From: Vicugna vicugna
Lineage: Eukaryota
Direction: 5' to 3'
Length of the DNA: 64,000 bases
Assembly (NCBI GenBank): GCA_013265495.1
Contig: MU058839.1
Span: 124,001 to 188,000 of the forward strand
Position 1 is the first letter of the stretch. Every line of letters starts with the position of its first letter. The notes under the pieces are model-generated. The model searched no databases. It worked only from the letters and a program-made list of their open reading frames with translations, and was not told the origin of the DNA. A program made the translations under genes and the position numbers. Positions 12,213 through 24,800 of the stretch are shown piece by piece.

Positions 12213-14925
12213 CAGTGTTTGGTTCCTGAAGTGGTTCCCGGATGCAGAAATTCAAAGACAGGAATCTGGGATTAGTTATGTGACCTCTTTAGATTAGAAA
12301 GCAGTTAAGACTTCATTGCCAATGAAAAATGGGATACCGGTAGTCCATGGAAAGCAGTGGCAAAATAATTATCTACAGTTTTCCGGAATGAAGAAACACC
12401 TTTGAGAAACTACTAACTATTACAATAGGATTTTTAGAGGAAATAAGGACTGTAAGGATTATGGTGTGGACTGGTTGCTTTTAAATAAAAGGTTAACATT
12501 TCAAATTCTCAGCTAAAGGCACAGTCAGAGAACCAGAGAGCTTCTAAGACTGCCCTAAAAATATCTTTTATAGCCATATGGCTAATGTATAAATTTTGTC
12601 CTGTAAGTTGCACAATTATAACCCAAATGGAATTCATAGACTTGCCAGGTCTCTTATGTAAAAGTATGGATATTGATTGAGAAAGAGCAAAAATTGGAAT
12701 GAGGACATTGGGTGAATTTCAGTGACTGACAATCACTAACTTCTAAATCCCACTGAGCTGCCCTTCTTCCCTGTTTGAACTTAGCCTCCTCTAGCTTAAA
12801 GATTCTGAAAATTTACCTTTCACAGGACTACAGAACCTCTTCATGGACAACCTCCAATACTTACTGTCCCCAGACTTATAACTAGAGTCAGAGCTCATCA
12901 GACCCTGCGAGGATATCAGAAACCTGGAAAAAATTACTGGGAATGGAATCTAATGGTTTTAGACAGGAGAAGGTAAAAAACATAACTTGGGGTATAGGCA
13001 AATTTGTTAGTATGGGTGCAGTTACCATAAAATCTAGATTTAATATTTAATTTGAGTGACTGGGAACAGCCCTATAAAGAGTTTGCTTGATTGGTTGACT
13101 TAAACTAGGACCCAACAGTGGTCTTCATTAAGTGAAGTAGATATAATAAGAAGAAATTCAAAGGATTCGGAAGATAAAATTGTTGGCATGGATCAGTCAT
13201 ATATAACTGGCTCATCCACTGCTTACCATGGCCCCATGGAGGGTCCAGAAGACACTCCCATCATGAAGGTATTGAAATGTTTATTAATAAGGGGAACACC
13301 AGCATCCTTGAAAATCTTAGTGGTGTCTGTGCCTTTTCAGATTAGGGATGAGAGTATAATGATAGCAAAGGGGCTACCAAGAGTTGTAGAGGCCAACTGA
13401 CAGCACTTAGCCACCAGAGAGATAAGGTAGACAAAATTATTATACTGGACAACAGGTCAGAGTCCTAATCTGAATGATTTTATCCATAAAGATCTTTTGC
13501 AGTGACTTTTGATCATTGTGTCTCTGGGACTGAAATGGATTGTCAGCCTAATAAAGTTCATTTGTAACATTAAAAAAATTAAACCTAGTGGACAGATATC
13601 TGATTTATATAGCCACAGTAGAGAGTTGTGGACTCTCACCAGTCCTCCGATCTAAGCTCTTTAACAGGGTCCCTTAAAAGAAAGGGAGGCTGGGACCTCT
13701 TGAAAAAGGACCCAATGAGATTGCAACAATAATGTACTATAAAATTTCTTTCTCTCTTTCCCTGAAAGGAAATGCATTTGTTTATCAAGGTGATATATAA
13801 TCCCTCTGGGGAAAGGAAAATACCAGACATTTCCAGAATTTTGGACACTGGCTCTGAAATGACTCCCCACATTTTAGATTCTACCAGTTATAGTGGGGGC
13901 ATAGGAATGACAGATAATAAATGGACTTTGGGCTTGAGTCCCTCTCCCAGAGGGCCCTGAGGATCTGTAAACCTAGCCTTGTAGTTATTTCTGCAATTTC
14001 CCAAAGTGTATTTGGCAACTGGTAGAACCCTCACTTCCTGACCCTTGAAATGAAGGCTATTATGATAGGAAGGGCCAAGAGGAAACCCCTGGAACTGTCC
14101 CATTTCTACCAAAGTAGTACATTAGTAATAATTCTACAACCCTGGAAAGGCTTGAAAGATAAGAGGTGGTGATTCCTATCATGTTCTGATAAATCTCCCC
14201 TATTTGTCTTGTGCAGAAAAAAGATGAATTTGGGGGAAAAACAGTGGATTATCATAAACTTAATCAGGTTGTGACACCAATTATAACTCCTGCCTCAAAT
14301 GTGCTATCTTTTATGGAACAAATTAACACATCCTTTGGCATCAAGCAGGCCACTATTGATCTGACAAATGCTTTTCTTCTCTGTACCAATTCGTAAAGAC
14401 CACTTCCTGCAAATGGAAATGCTGTATTAAGTCTCTGACAAATCCAGATAAGAGAATTACAGTGCTGCAACCTTTGGGGTTTTAGAGCAAAATATGCTCA
14501 CTTCAACAAATAATTCTTCTTTTGAGAAATAACTTTGAGTAAAACTGGAGCCAAGGAAAGACTGAATGACAGAACATCAAGTAACCACACAGCCTCAGCT
14601 ACCCGTCATGAACTGGAAGTTGTTGAATTCATGAGCCACAGACTTGGGCGTGGGCAGCAGCCCTCCATAATCAAGTGCAAGTGGTGCAAACAAGGTCATG
14701 CTGCAGCTGGTGAGCTGTTGGCTCAGATTCTCATGGCACCTCCTCCTGCTGCTTTGTCACCTCCCCCTTGACCCATGCTTGGGGGAATTTCCTGTGATCT
14801 TTTGGCTGATAAAGACACAACTTGGGGCTGATTTTGAGATGATTTTGCACCATCCAAAAATGGAGTAGTGCTACATTTTAGCCTTATTCGGGGGTGGTCT
14901 TGAAAAGCGTAATGAAAATGATCTA
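12213..14925 (+). mobile_element. Decayed ERVL internal region (PBS, gag, protease, partial RT/RNase H)
   Basis: Degenerate tRNA-Leu-type PBS tggttcctgaagtgg 12220-12234; protease LDTGS at 13841-13855; RT 'VDYHKLNQVV...IDLTNAF' (ORF 14211-14396); 'QQPSIIKCKW' (ORF 14535-14771); many stops and frameshifts. Confidence 0.9.
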
Positions 14926-15303
14926 TGATGGCTAGAAAAAGGAGGCGCCAAAAGGATGAGATAGAGATGCTTATGTCTGTCTTTTTGGAGCCCATTTAAA
15001 ATATTATATTATATGCATCAGAGCTTATAACTTTAGTATAATCACCCATTCACCCCTCCCTCCATTCTGACTATCGTTTACTTCACTAATATTTACTAAA
15101 TGCTCTCCCACCTTCAGAATTTGGTTCAAGATGACACTTCTCTCTGAGTGACCTTTCCTGCCCTACCCACAATGCTGTCATCTGATTGAAGCGCTTCCAG
15201 ATGTACTAACTATCCCTGTCTCTCTTTGTGTATCCCATAACCCCATATGGTTCCTTCTATCTCTTCCTCCCATTTTGCACTTTACACTGATATCCCCCTA
15301 AAA

Positions 15304-15837
15304 CAGGGGCCCCAAATGCAAATATTTAAAGAGGTGGAACAGGTGACTTAAATGAGTGATGGAGGCCTGCTAGTTGCACATTAAATATATTGGGTTATTT
15401 TTACCCCTTTAACAGAATATGCTCTCCTCCCTTTTCCTGAAAATGTGGTCCTTTGGGCCTTTCATTTCCCACTTTTGACGTAGACATATGTACACAAATA
15501 TTTCTCTAGTATTTTTTCAAACTCTTGGATGAATGGCTACTATGACTCAAGTTTAGTGTCAGGAAGAAAGGGACTGGTGAAGACAATGGCAAACTGTAAA
15601 ACTCACACCTCGTCAAAGTGAGGAGGCTGTCACTCAGTGTTGGGTGAGGGTTCCAGGAATATGGGGCTAACAGGACCAGATCTTACTATTTTTCCCTCTA
15701 GAAACTGGAAAGTTAGATTTTTATATGAAATCTCACAATTTCAAGTTTAGTCTTAAATTTGCTAAAGCACTCTGCCAGTCAAAAAAAAAGAACCTACAGG
15801 CAGGAGTGGGCCTGCCAGCACCAATTTGTAAGTTCTG
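15304..15837. mobile_element. hAT-Charlie MITE (Charlie4/MER102-like)
   Basis: Termini 'caggggccccaaatgcaaat' and 'caatttgtaagttctg'; internal 'aggtgacttaaatgagtga'. Confidence 0.6.
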
Positions 15838-17779
15838 CCCTGTGGTGCCATGTGTTCCTTGAGGTCATGGAAGGAATCTTATTCGCTTGTGTATACACAG
15901 AGCCCAGGACAATGACTGGCCCATAACACCTTCTCATTAAATTTTGGTTACCTTTAGTTAGATTTTTTTCAATCGAATACAACTGTATATTGTCTACAGG
16001 TAGAAATCCTTAAAGAGATCTTTTTCTAACTGCTTTCATAGACACCCAGAGCCTAGCCTTTCACTTGTATGTAATAGATGCCCAAACATGTTTTGAGTTG
16101 TTGAAGGGGATCATATCAAGTAATCATTAACAGCTTAGCTTTAGTTATTAGATGAGTAGCAAGGCATTGCCTAAGGTTTAAAGGTAGAGAACATTAAAAG
16201 AGATGATTTTGATAAGGAGAATTAGATCAAGAGAGAATCAGTGCTGCTCTCAGCAGGTGTAATTGAGCATCTCAGTGATCTCTGGACAAGAATGGGGATG
16301 TGGGAGAACGCTGCAACTTTGAGGGATTTGGACTTGGTGTCTGCAGCCCGCAGTGAGGCACAAGGCTCTTCCTCTGCAATGCAAAGCATTTCCAGAGCTG
16401 TCACTGCTGGATGTGACTTCTCAGAATGGCTGTTCACTTACAGTGGCCACTTCAAACATCATGTTTGCTGTCCATTCTGAGAGAGAGCCATACTACTTGA
16501 AAAAAAAGTTTTTAATTAAAGGCTAACGCAGTGGGCTTGCTTTTTGAATTTTGCAAGTTGAAAAAAATTGCCCAGAGTTACAAACATTTTCAAAGATTAA
16601 CAACTCGTAAACAGTTGTTTTGAAAATATTAGCAAGCAGTGCATTTACAAGGGAAACCAAATAAATAATAACTGCATATCTATTCATGTATACTACTGCT
16701 ATAAAATATAACTTTAAAAATGAAGACAAGGACTATTTTATACAAACTAAAAAATGATAAATTTTCTGAGTAAATATTGAGTTGCATCCAATTTATTTAA
16801 AAAAAAGATCAATTGTGAATATCTCCTGTTAAATTATCATGCCATACTTTAAGTAATGTATTTGCCTTGTCTAATATATAATGAAAAGACTTTTGGCAAA
16901 CATTTGCCACATATATTAAATAATTCATTTTAAATTTATGATAATGACAATATTTTACTATGCATAAAAAAACTCATATGAACTTGAACAGCATTTATAG
17001 TATGGAAAATTTAGCAAGCAAAACTTTACATTCAAAATGCCATTAGATAAGACTTTGATCTTATTTCTTTGATTTTATTTCTTCTGTACACTTCCCAACA
17101 CACAGTCTTAATTTAACATTGAATAAACAAGAAAATACTCAATTGTATACAGAACTAGGTAATAGTTCTTAGTATGTAACCTTAGATCAAAGTATTTAAC
17201 CTCCTACATTAGTGAAGCTGTCTTTATAAATCAGACCACATATTTTATAAAAACTTACTTATTCACTAATATTTACTGAGTGCCTATTATGTGTTAGACA
17301 CTGTATGCACTGGGAATATATCAGTAAACAGACAAAAAAAAAAGTCAGCCCATTTGGAGCTAAACCAAAGCAATGCTAATATTCCTATTTTGTGTTGTTT
17401 TGCATGTTAGTTATTGTGAAATAATAAATAATAATAATAACAATTTATAATTACAAAAAGTAGCATTTACCTCTTTGGGGTACTTTCAAATACGTTCTCA
17501 GTTAATTTTTAAACTCCCCTGGCCTTGAAGTAAGCTTGGCAGATGTTACTACCTCTATGTTATAGATGAGGAAACTGTAGATGGTAGATTCCCACAGCCA
17601 CTGTCATAGGACTGTTCTCGTATCTCTCCAACTCACACAGCTGTGGGAGCACACGAATGAGACAGAGTCAGAGGCTGAGTAGAGTAAAGGAAGTTTGAAA
17701 TTATTGCTGTGGAAAGAGGAAGCTAACTGGAAAAACATTAAGAATGTCAGGAGCAGCTGAGATTGCTGACTGTGGCAGT

Positions 17780-18172
17780 TGCTGGCTGTTCATAAACAGC
17801 TGTATTTGGTTCTTCTGCTTCCTGGCACATGGTAAGATTGCAGTTTCCCAGCTTCTTGAACTCAGGTATGACTACCTGAATTCCTTTGGCCCATATAAGA
17901 TGAATGGAAGGTGTTCAAAGGCAATGCACTTACCAGCATGCTGCTTCCCCCAGATGCAATGACCGGGAAGCACAAATTCAGGTGGAGCCTCCATACTCCT
18001 GAGTCCTTGAATGACTAAAATGAGCAGAACCCCATTCTGGACTTGCAGTAGAGGCAGAAAATAAACTTGTATCAAGCCACTGATATTTGAGATTTGTTGT
18101 TTATGTTTTGCTTTGCTTCATCTTGTTTCATTTTGTTTGTTACCACAACATAACCTAGTTTGCCCTGATTGC
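17780..18172 (+). mobile_element. MLT1-type MaLR solo LTR
   Basis: 'ctgagtccttgaatgac...agaaataaacttgtatcaagccactgatatttgagatttg...taccacaacataacctag'. Confidence 0.7.
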
Positions 18173-18229
18173 TAGAAAGCATGGGTTTATACTGTTATCA
18201 GTTTGTCTGGTTTTGTAATTTCTTGTTCT

Positions 18230-19460
18230 CCAGCTGTCTCAGCAGATCGAGTAGAGGTGCAGAAAGCAGATAGTGAATTCATCTGGAGTTGGGATTTTGT
18301 CAGGTGACTACAACAAAAAGTACTTGAGAATTTTGTCTAGAGAGTGATTGAAACTATGGACCATGATATCCAAGCTTGATTAAGAGGGAGATCAAGCAGG
18401 AGAAGGCTCCTGAATAAAGAGGAAGCAGATGGGTCAAGGGACTGGCTGTTTTGATAAAGTGGATGACCAGTTATAAAGAAAGTAAATGAATAATGAATCT
18501 TTAAAAGTGAGGACCTATGACTGAAGCCTAGGATGGTTTAATTAGAGATTACAAAAGTGGCAAAATTTCAGGTCATGGCAAGGTACAAGATGTGGAAGTG
18601 GTGAGGGTGATCTGGCTGTGACATCTGTCACCCCATTGATCGCCAGGGTTGATTTGGCTGATCTGGCTGCTAAGCAGGTGTCCCCTTCCTCCCTCACTCC
18701 TCCATGTACATCCCTCCCAAAGCTGCACGTTTGGTCGAAGAAGATGACCTTCCCCAATAGAGGAGGACCATACTTCTTGGTCAAGGGTATATGAGTAGCT
18801 ATGCTGCCCTGCTAGAACCTCCAAACAAGCTCTGAAGTTGTGGAAGTGGAATTGAGTTACTCAACTGGAGAGAAAATGTTTGAACAGACAGAAGTTGTCA
18901 ACCTGAGAGGCTGTATGCTGAGCAGGCCAGCTGCATGCACATTTGAATGGTGGCAGGAACTGGAATAGAGAGGGGGACAGTGAGTTGCCAAAGTCACCAG
19001 TTAATGAGTGAGAACAAACCAGAGATGGGGACTGTGTCTAGTTGTCAGGAGCTTGAGGAAGACAGGGGTTTTCATTTATAAGAGACGAGAGGCAGAATTA
19101 ATGGGCTGCAGATGCTACTTCCCAATGCTGAGCGCCACAGGGTGTAGGAGAGAAAAAGCAGCCTCCACTAGTGAAGGTTGTAAGACCAACGATTTTATAA
19201 GATGATAACCAAATGTCTGTGCAGGTGAAAAGATTGAGGGAAGGCTGCTTGAAGAAGTTGAGGATGTTGGTAACAATTTGGAGTCATGGAAAAGGGGTTG
19301 TGAAGGGGTTCAGGGAAAGAGTTTGGTGGGGAAGATGAGAGATTGGAGCAGGGAGATGAACAAAGCATTATTAGAATGAAAGTTGGAGGGTGAGGCATAA
19401 CCAGAAAGGTGTCCTTGGGCAATGACCAAGGGAAATGGGTATTTGAGGCCAGGAGGGTTT
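18230..19460 (-). mobile_element. Highly decayed LINE (L2-like) hosting the 7SK copy
   Basis: Purine-rich decayed LINE-like sequence on both sides of the 7SK insert. Confidence 0.4.
18601..18834 (+). pseudogene. RN7SK: 7SK snRNA retropseudogene, 3'-truncated and tailless
   Basis: 'gtgagggtgatctggctgtgacatctgtcaccccattgatcgccagggttg...ctgctagaacctccaaacaagctct' matches roughly nt 5-240 of 7SK, with many CpG transitions; 15-bp TSD aag(a/t)tgtggaagtgg at 18587-18601 and 18835-18849. Confidence 0.97.
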
Positions 19461-19477
19461 AGGCGATTATAATAAGT

Positions 19478-20255
19478 TGTGATTTATAATAAGAAGTATA
19501 TGTATTTGGTGATATTTTGGCTTATAATAAGAAATATACATATTTGGTCTTTCTCTCTGTTTCTGGCATACAGCTCCTAAAACCCTTGGTATTCCTAAAA
19601 GTTGAGAGCAACAAAGGTGTCTTTTTTATGTTAATGAGGTGACTTTTCAGAAGCACCTAAGGATGGGGGTTGGTTTACTGGAAAACCAACCGTGTGATTA
19701 GAGGACTGGACCTTTCAGTCCTACCGCTGAACAACAGGATGGGAGAAGGGCTGCAGGTTGAAACAGTTGCCCATAGCCAATAATTTAATCAATTATGTAT
19801 ATGTAGTGAAGCCTCCATAAAAACCCAGAAGGACTGGGTTTGGAGAGTATCTGGACTGGTGAACACATGGGCCTATAGAGCACATGGAAGCTCCGTGGCC
19901 CTTCTTACATACCTTGCCCTATGCATCCTTCTATCTGTATGTTCATCTGTATCCTTTATCTTATCCTTTAATAAACTAATAAACATAAGTAAGTGTTTCC
20001 CTGAGTTCTGTGAGCCTCCTTAGTGAATCATCGAACCTGAGAAGGGAGTAAAGGGAATCTCTGATTTATAGCCAGTTGGTCGGTAGTTCAGGTAACAACC
20101 TGGCTTGGTGTCTTTAGTTGGGGATGAAGGCGGTACACATCTTATAGGACTGAGCCCTTAACTTGTGAAATCTGATGCTACCTCTGGGTAGATAGTATCG
20201 AAATTGAGTTGAATTCTTAGATATATTGCTGGTGCCTGAGAATTGCTTGGTGTTA
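19478..20255 (+). mobile_element. MER21-like solo LTR
   Basis: 'tgtgatttataataagaa...acagctcctaaaacccttgg...aaaccaaccgtgtgattagagg...taagtaagtgtttccctgagttctgtgagcc'. Confidence 0.8.
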
Positions 20256-20559
20256 AAATTGGGTCCTGGAACCCAAAAAGGAGTGGCTTTCAGAGCTATG
20301 AAGAGGTTGGAGCCAGTCAGGACAGTTGTTCTCAGTGTCCCCTGTGCTAATCTGTGGGCTGGCACAGAGGACTAGTAGATGTGCTATGCAAATACACATT
20401 CTGTTTTGTGGGCATGGGCCTCATACAGGCTTAGAGCCTATCAAGGGATGCTCCCAGGAAACCGATCTTTGCTACATCCAGTCACATGGAAAATACTCAG
20501 AACTAAATTCTGAGATTGTTTTGCATTGGTTGCTAGAATCCAGAGTCTCCAGAATCACT

Positions 20560-20995
20560 GGGCAAAAAATGATTCATTCAAACCCTGTTCATTTATTAAA
20601 TGAGAAAACTGAGGCCCTATGTACTGCTCAGCACAGAGTCTGTAGTTTGTCATAGAGCTGAGTCTGTAGCTCAGGTCTCCTGACCCTTGCACTGTCTTTA
20701 CTCTAAATGTTCAGCCTCCTAGAAGAGCAATGGCAGGCCACTGTCACATAGTAATAGCTAACATTCACAACCAATGCCTGTTGAGGACACAACTATAGCC
20801 AAGCCCTGTAAATCACCTCTCATTCTCCTAACAGCTCCATGTAATACAGACACTATCATCATCCCCATCCTACATAGATGGAAACCAAGGGTTAGAGAAG
20901 TTGAGTAACCAAGGTCACATAGCTACAAAGTGGCAGCTCTGGGGTGTGAATTTCCCATCCTTCCCCTCCAGAGGCTTCTCCCTCAGCCAATAGAA
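20560..20995 (-). mobile_element. Two MIR fragments
   Basis: 'aatgagaaaactgaggccc' and 'gatggaaaccaagggttagagaagttgagtaaccaaggtcacatagct'. Confidence 0.7.
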
Positions 20996-22659
20996 TATAC
21001 TTTATCATTCACTTTCACATGTGTTACCATTTGTGCATTCCCTCCCCCTGCCTTTTTAATAGAATTAGAAAAATAGTGGTTTTCCCTTGCTGTATATATA
21101 GTGCCATATGCCAGCACCTGCTCTGCTCAGACAACTATCTAGCATGAATGTGCAAATACCTGTTTGAGACTGGCTCTTCCTAATCATCTTGGTTATCAGT
21201 TTCTGGAGCCACCTACCTCTGGGGAATGAAACAAGAAAGGAGATGGATAAAAATACGAGCATGAGGCACTGGGTTTTTAAACTTTATTTTGATTTGTGAC
21301 ATTACCAGTATCATCTAAAAATGATAACCTGCCTCTTCTTTCACTGTAAGAAAGTGGCAGATTGGCTGTACAGCTGCTGGTATCTATGGAATTATTAGGT
21401 CTGTTAATGCTATAGTATATGGAGAGCTGTACCAAGTCAGCTTGGGGATAAGACTTGGAGATGGTGGAGCAGGCTGTCACACATGCGACATGACTGCTGT
21501 TTCCTCAAGTTTTTTCAGAGGTGGGGAATCTCTGACTAGCAGGAGAGAAGGCCTCTTGGTCGCAGACCTAGCTGCTCCTTGGCACAGTGTAGCAATAATT
21601 AGGCAAACATTTTGTGAATTCCTCCTGTCTTCCAGGCATGTGCTAGGTGCCCTTAAGGAAATCACACTAGTCTGGGAGACCAAGAGGGTGAATGGAAACT
21701 TGCAATACCATGTGTAATTTCTACGTGGGACACAGGCAGAGGGCTAGGGCAACCCAGGGGAGAGGCTTGGGCATCCCCAGAAGGCTTCTTCCAAGAGATG
21801 TCACGGATGACACTGAAGCAACTCATTTTCCCTCAGAGAAGCCATATAGCAAATCCATTGGGGGATTTATTAGTTTTTATTCTTTAGAGTAGGCAGGGTC
21901 ACATATTGATCATGAATAGAAGTCTGTATGCAGCCCTGGGTACATACAGAGCACATCAGAGGAAAATTGGTAAGGCAAGGTTCTGAATTGATTCCCCCAG
22001 CCTCGTCACAATTAATAAAGTTACCCTCTTTTGTTCTCCTGCCTCTCTGAAGCAGTGCGGGATTGCCCCTGAATTGTTTTAATGATGTGCTGTTTTTGTT
22101 CCCGTGAGTACTCCATATTTTAGGTGCCAATTCACCTTTTCCTCTCATAAGGAAGAGTCAGGAAAAAGAACAAGAGGAATGGCTGAACAATTGAAAATCC
22201 AGCATATTGAAAAGGTCATGGTACTACTGCATACTATTTTAATTTCTAAATGTTTTAGGCATTGTAAGTCCTTTTTGACACTCCATTCTACTGACACATA
22301 CTAAAAAGGGGCTGGAAAAGGGCAAAAATTATTTTATCTGCTTGTAAAACATGATGAGAAGAATAGGAAATGGTGCCCAATTAATCCAAGCTTTTTGTAG
22401 CATTTCACTTGGAAGCCTGTTTTGGACATGCCTTCCTGTGAGAAAGGTAACAGTTATGACCTTGTGGTGCTTTCCCACAGTGATAAAGTAGAAGCTAGGC
22501 ATCCCTCTAAATAAGCTAACATTTTAACTTCCTCCTCTTCTTACATGTTTTACTAGTTCTCATCTACCATCTATTTAGTGTCTGATTTACTTTCAGGAAG
22601 CTTTCAACTAGAACCCTGGTAATTAACATTTACCCAGAGTTAGCACTTTATAAAATGCT

Positions 22660-23130
22660 CGTGGCAGACACTGTTGAGTATTTTCTCCCCACCCCACCCC
22701 TACCCTCACCCCAACCCCTACCCTCACCCCCACCCCTACTCCTCTCCCTGACTCTCTCCTACTGTACAGATGGAAAAGCCAAATACTTGTTCAGCCTCCC
22801 TGGCAGGTAGATGTGGCCGTGTCATTTAGTTCTGAGAAGAAGGGAACAGACAAACTCACACATACTTCTCACTTTTGTCTGTGTGTAACTCGGGAATACC
22901 TAGAGCTCCAGCAGCCAACCTGTGACCATGAAGAAGCTGACTTTGCTGAGAAAGTCGGAAAGGAAAGATACAAGGATCCTGAGACACTGATGATGCCGTG
23001 GAGGTGCTACCCATGCCCACCTACCTACAGAAGATATCTTGTTATAGGAAAACAATGACCTTCTGTTTGTTTAAAGTATTAGTATTTTAATTTTCTGTTA
23101 CTTGTAGCTGAAAGTATTTCTAACTGATGA
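22660..23130 (+). mobile_element. Old MaLR/ERVL LTR with a C-rich minisatellite near its start
   Basis: 'cagcagccaacctgtgaccatga...ttttctgttacttgtagctgaaagtatttctaactgat'. Confidence 0.6.
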
Positions 23131-23719
23131 AATGCTTTTACAGACAATATCTCATTTGAGCTTCATAATAAACCTGTAGTAGATCTGCATTATTCCTATT
23201 GTACCAATAGAGAGAGGGAAATTAATGGAGTGTCGCTTAAGAGGACACTACAAAAAAAGCACACTACTTCCAGGCCATAAGTGCTAGAAATCCCAAATTC
23301 TCTGTGCTTTTTCCATCATTCCCCCATCCCTATCTGGGATGAGAATTTGAACTTTCATGGGAAAGGAAGACAATCCATTAAAGAGTTATTTGATCCATCA
23401 GTCAAGCGACTTCAGCTTCTTCTCTCCCTTCAGCTACTGAAGTATTAGTGTATCATGCTTCTGCTTCCTCTGTTTGAGTATCTTATTTGCATCCTATTTT
23501 TCCTGCAAAGTTAAAGAACATGGAGTTAAAGCAGAGCTAGGAAGATGGAAAATGTCTCTGAATGCAGAAAACACCAGTGACCCTCTCTCATAACAGAAAG
23601 ATGGGCAGTATTAAGAATATAGCTTTTGGAATTGAAGGTAGTTTTTTTCTTTCCTTTTTGACTTAGAGGTGAACAGTCTCAAAGTGAACTGTTGATCCCC
23701 CTATAGTGTGCACTGTCGA

Positions 23720-24150
23720 TGCTCCATCCACAAGCTTTGCTCCTTTTCCTTGCTGGCAGACCAAGGCGTTTGGGTTTCCATTCTTCTTCCACATAATTAG
23801 GGAAAGGGATCCTTTCCCCAGTTGTAGGGCTTCTGTCAGTCAGTCATGGCAGCTCCATTCCCCTTGCCAGTGTCGACCTAGGGTGCCTGTGACCTAGTGA
23901 TAAAACATGAGAAAAGGTCTAGGAAAGATGCTTTCCACTTCATCTGGCTATTATCAGCCTGGCTATAACTCCTATCTTATGACAAGACAGATCTAATTCA
24001 CTATGAATGACCAAGTGACAAAATGGAAAAGACCTGGATCCTGAATGATAGTGTTGAGCCACTGAATTTAACCTTGGAGTGTCCCTACCTTTGGTCTCCT
24101 TGTTGCGTGAAATAAAAAAAAAAATTTAATTGTTTAAGCAAAGTTGAGTC
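23720..24150 (+). mobile_element. Old MaLR LTR fragment
   Basis: 'aaaagacctggatcctgaatgatagtgttgagccactgaatttaacc...aattgtttaagc'. Confidence 0.5.
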
Positions 24151-24559
24151 AGCTGAAGGCATAGTAACTTCGTAGTTTCCTGATCGCAGTGGAGATTTGG
24201 CCCAGTATGGAAGCACAGCAGGGGAGTTGCCGTCTGGGACCACTGGGTCCTGACAACATAAAGAGATTCCTCCTAGGCAAGGCCTGAAAACTTGCCTGCA
24301 TTATTGGCTCTTCCAGGTGGTCTGAACATTCATTACTGCTGTACACAGTCATCACAGTGTGACCCCAGGCTGGAGACATTCAACAAAGACAAATTGAAAA
24401 ACCAAATCTAATTAATGAGAACTGAGATTTCTTAAAATAGAATTGTTAATGCTGTTAACTGAATTGAGTATGTTATGGAAAATGCTTCATGTTGTGCACC
24501 ATCATCTAAACATTTATCCTTTTCAGAATGAATCATATTTTGGGATTTTGCTCTCTGGA

Positions 24560-24800
24560 AAACCGTATTATGTAGAATGTAAGAATCTAGGTTCTGAGTG
24601 CAGGCTGCCAGAATTCACTTTCCATTATCTGTCATTAATCAGACTTGTGACATTGAGCAAGTTATATGTCTCTGTGCCTCAGTTTCCCCATTTGTAAAAA
24701 AGATACAGTAACAGCACCTACCTCATGAGATTTTTGTGCAGGTGTATCAATTTTCATCAGGTAACAGGTGCTAAAAAAATTGTTAGCTATTTTTATTATT
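24560..24800 (+). mobile_element. MIR SINE
   Basis: Core 'tgtgacattgagcaagttatatgtctctgtgcctcagtttccccatttgtaaaa'. Confidence 0.85.

Noticed and set aside
16438..16490. Possible 35-nt minus-strand exon (ctctctctcag|...|gtaagt)
   Set aside because: Splice-like motifs of this quality occur by chance in 64 kb; no partner exons or recognisable peptide
18601..18834. Functional 7SK gene
   Set aside because: Lacks the 3' ~90 nt, the poly-U terminator and an upstream PSE/TATA promoter; CpG-decayed and TSD-flanked
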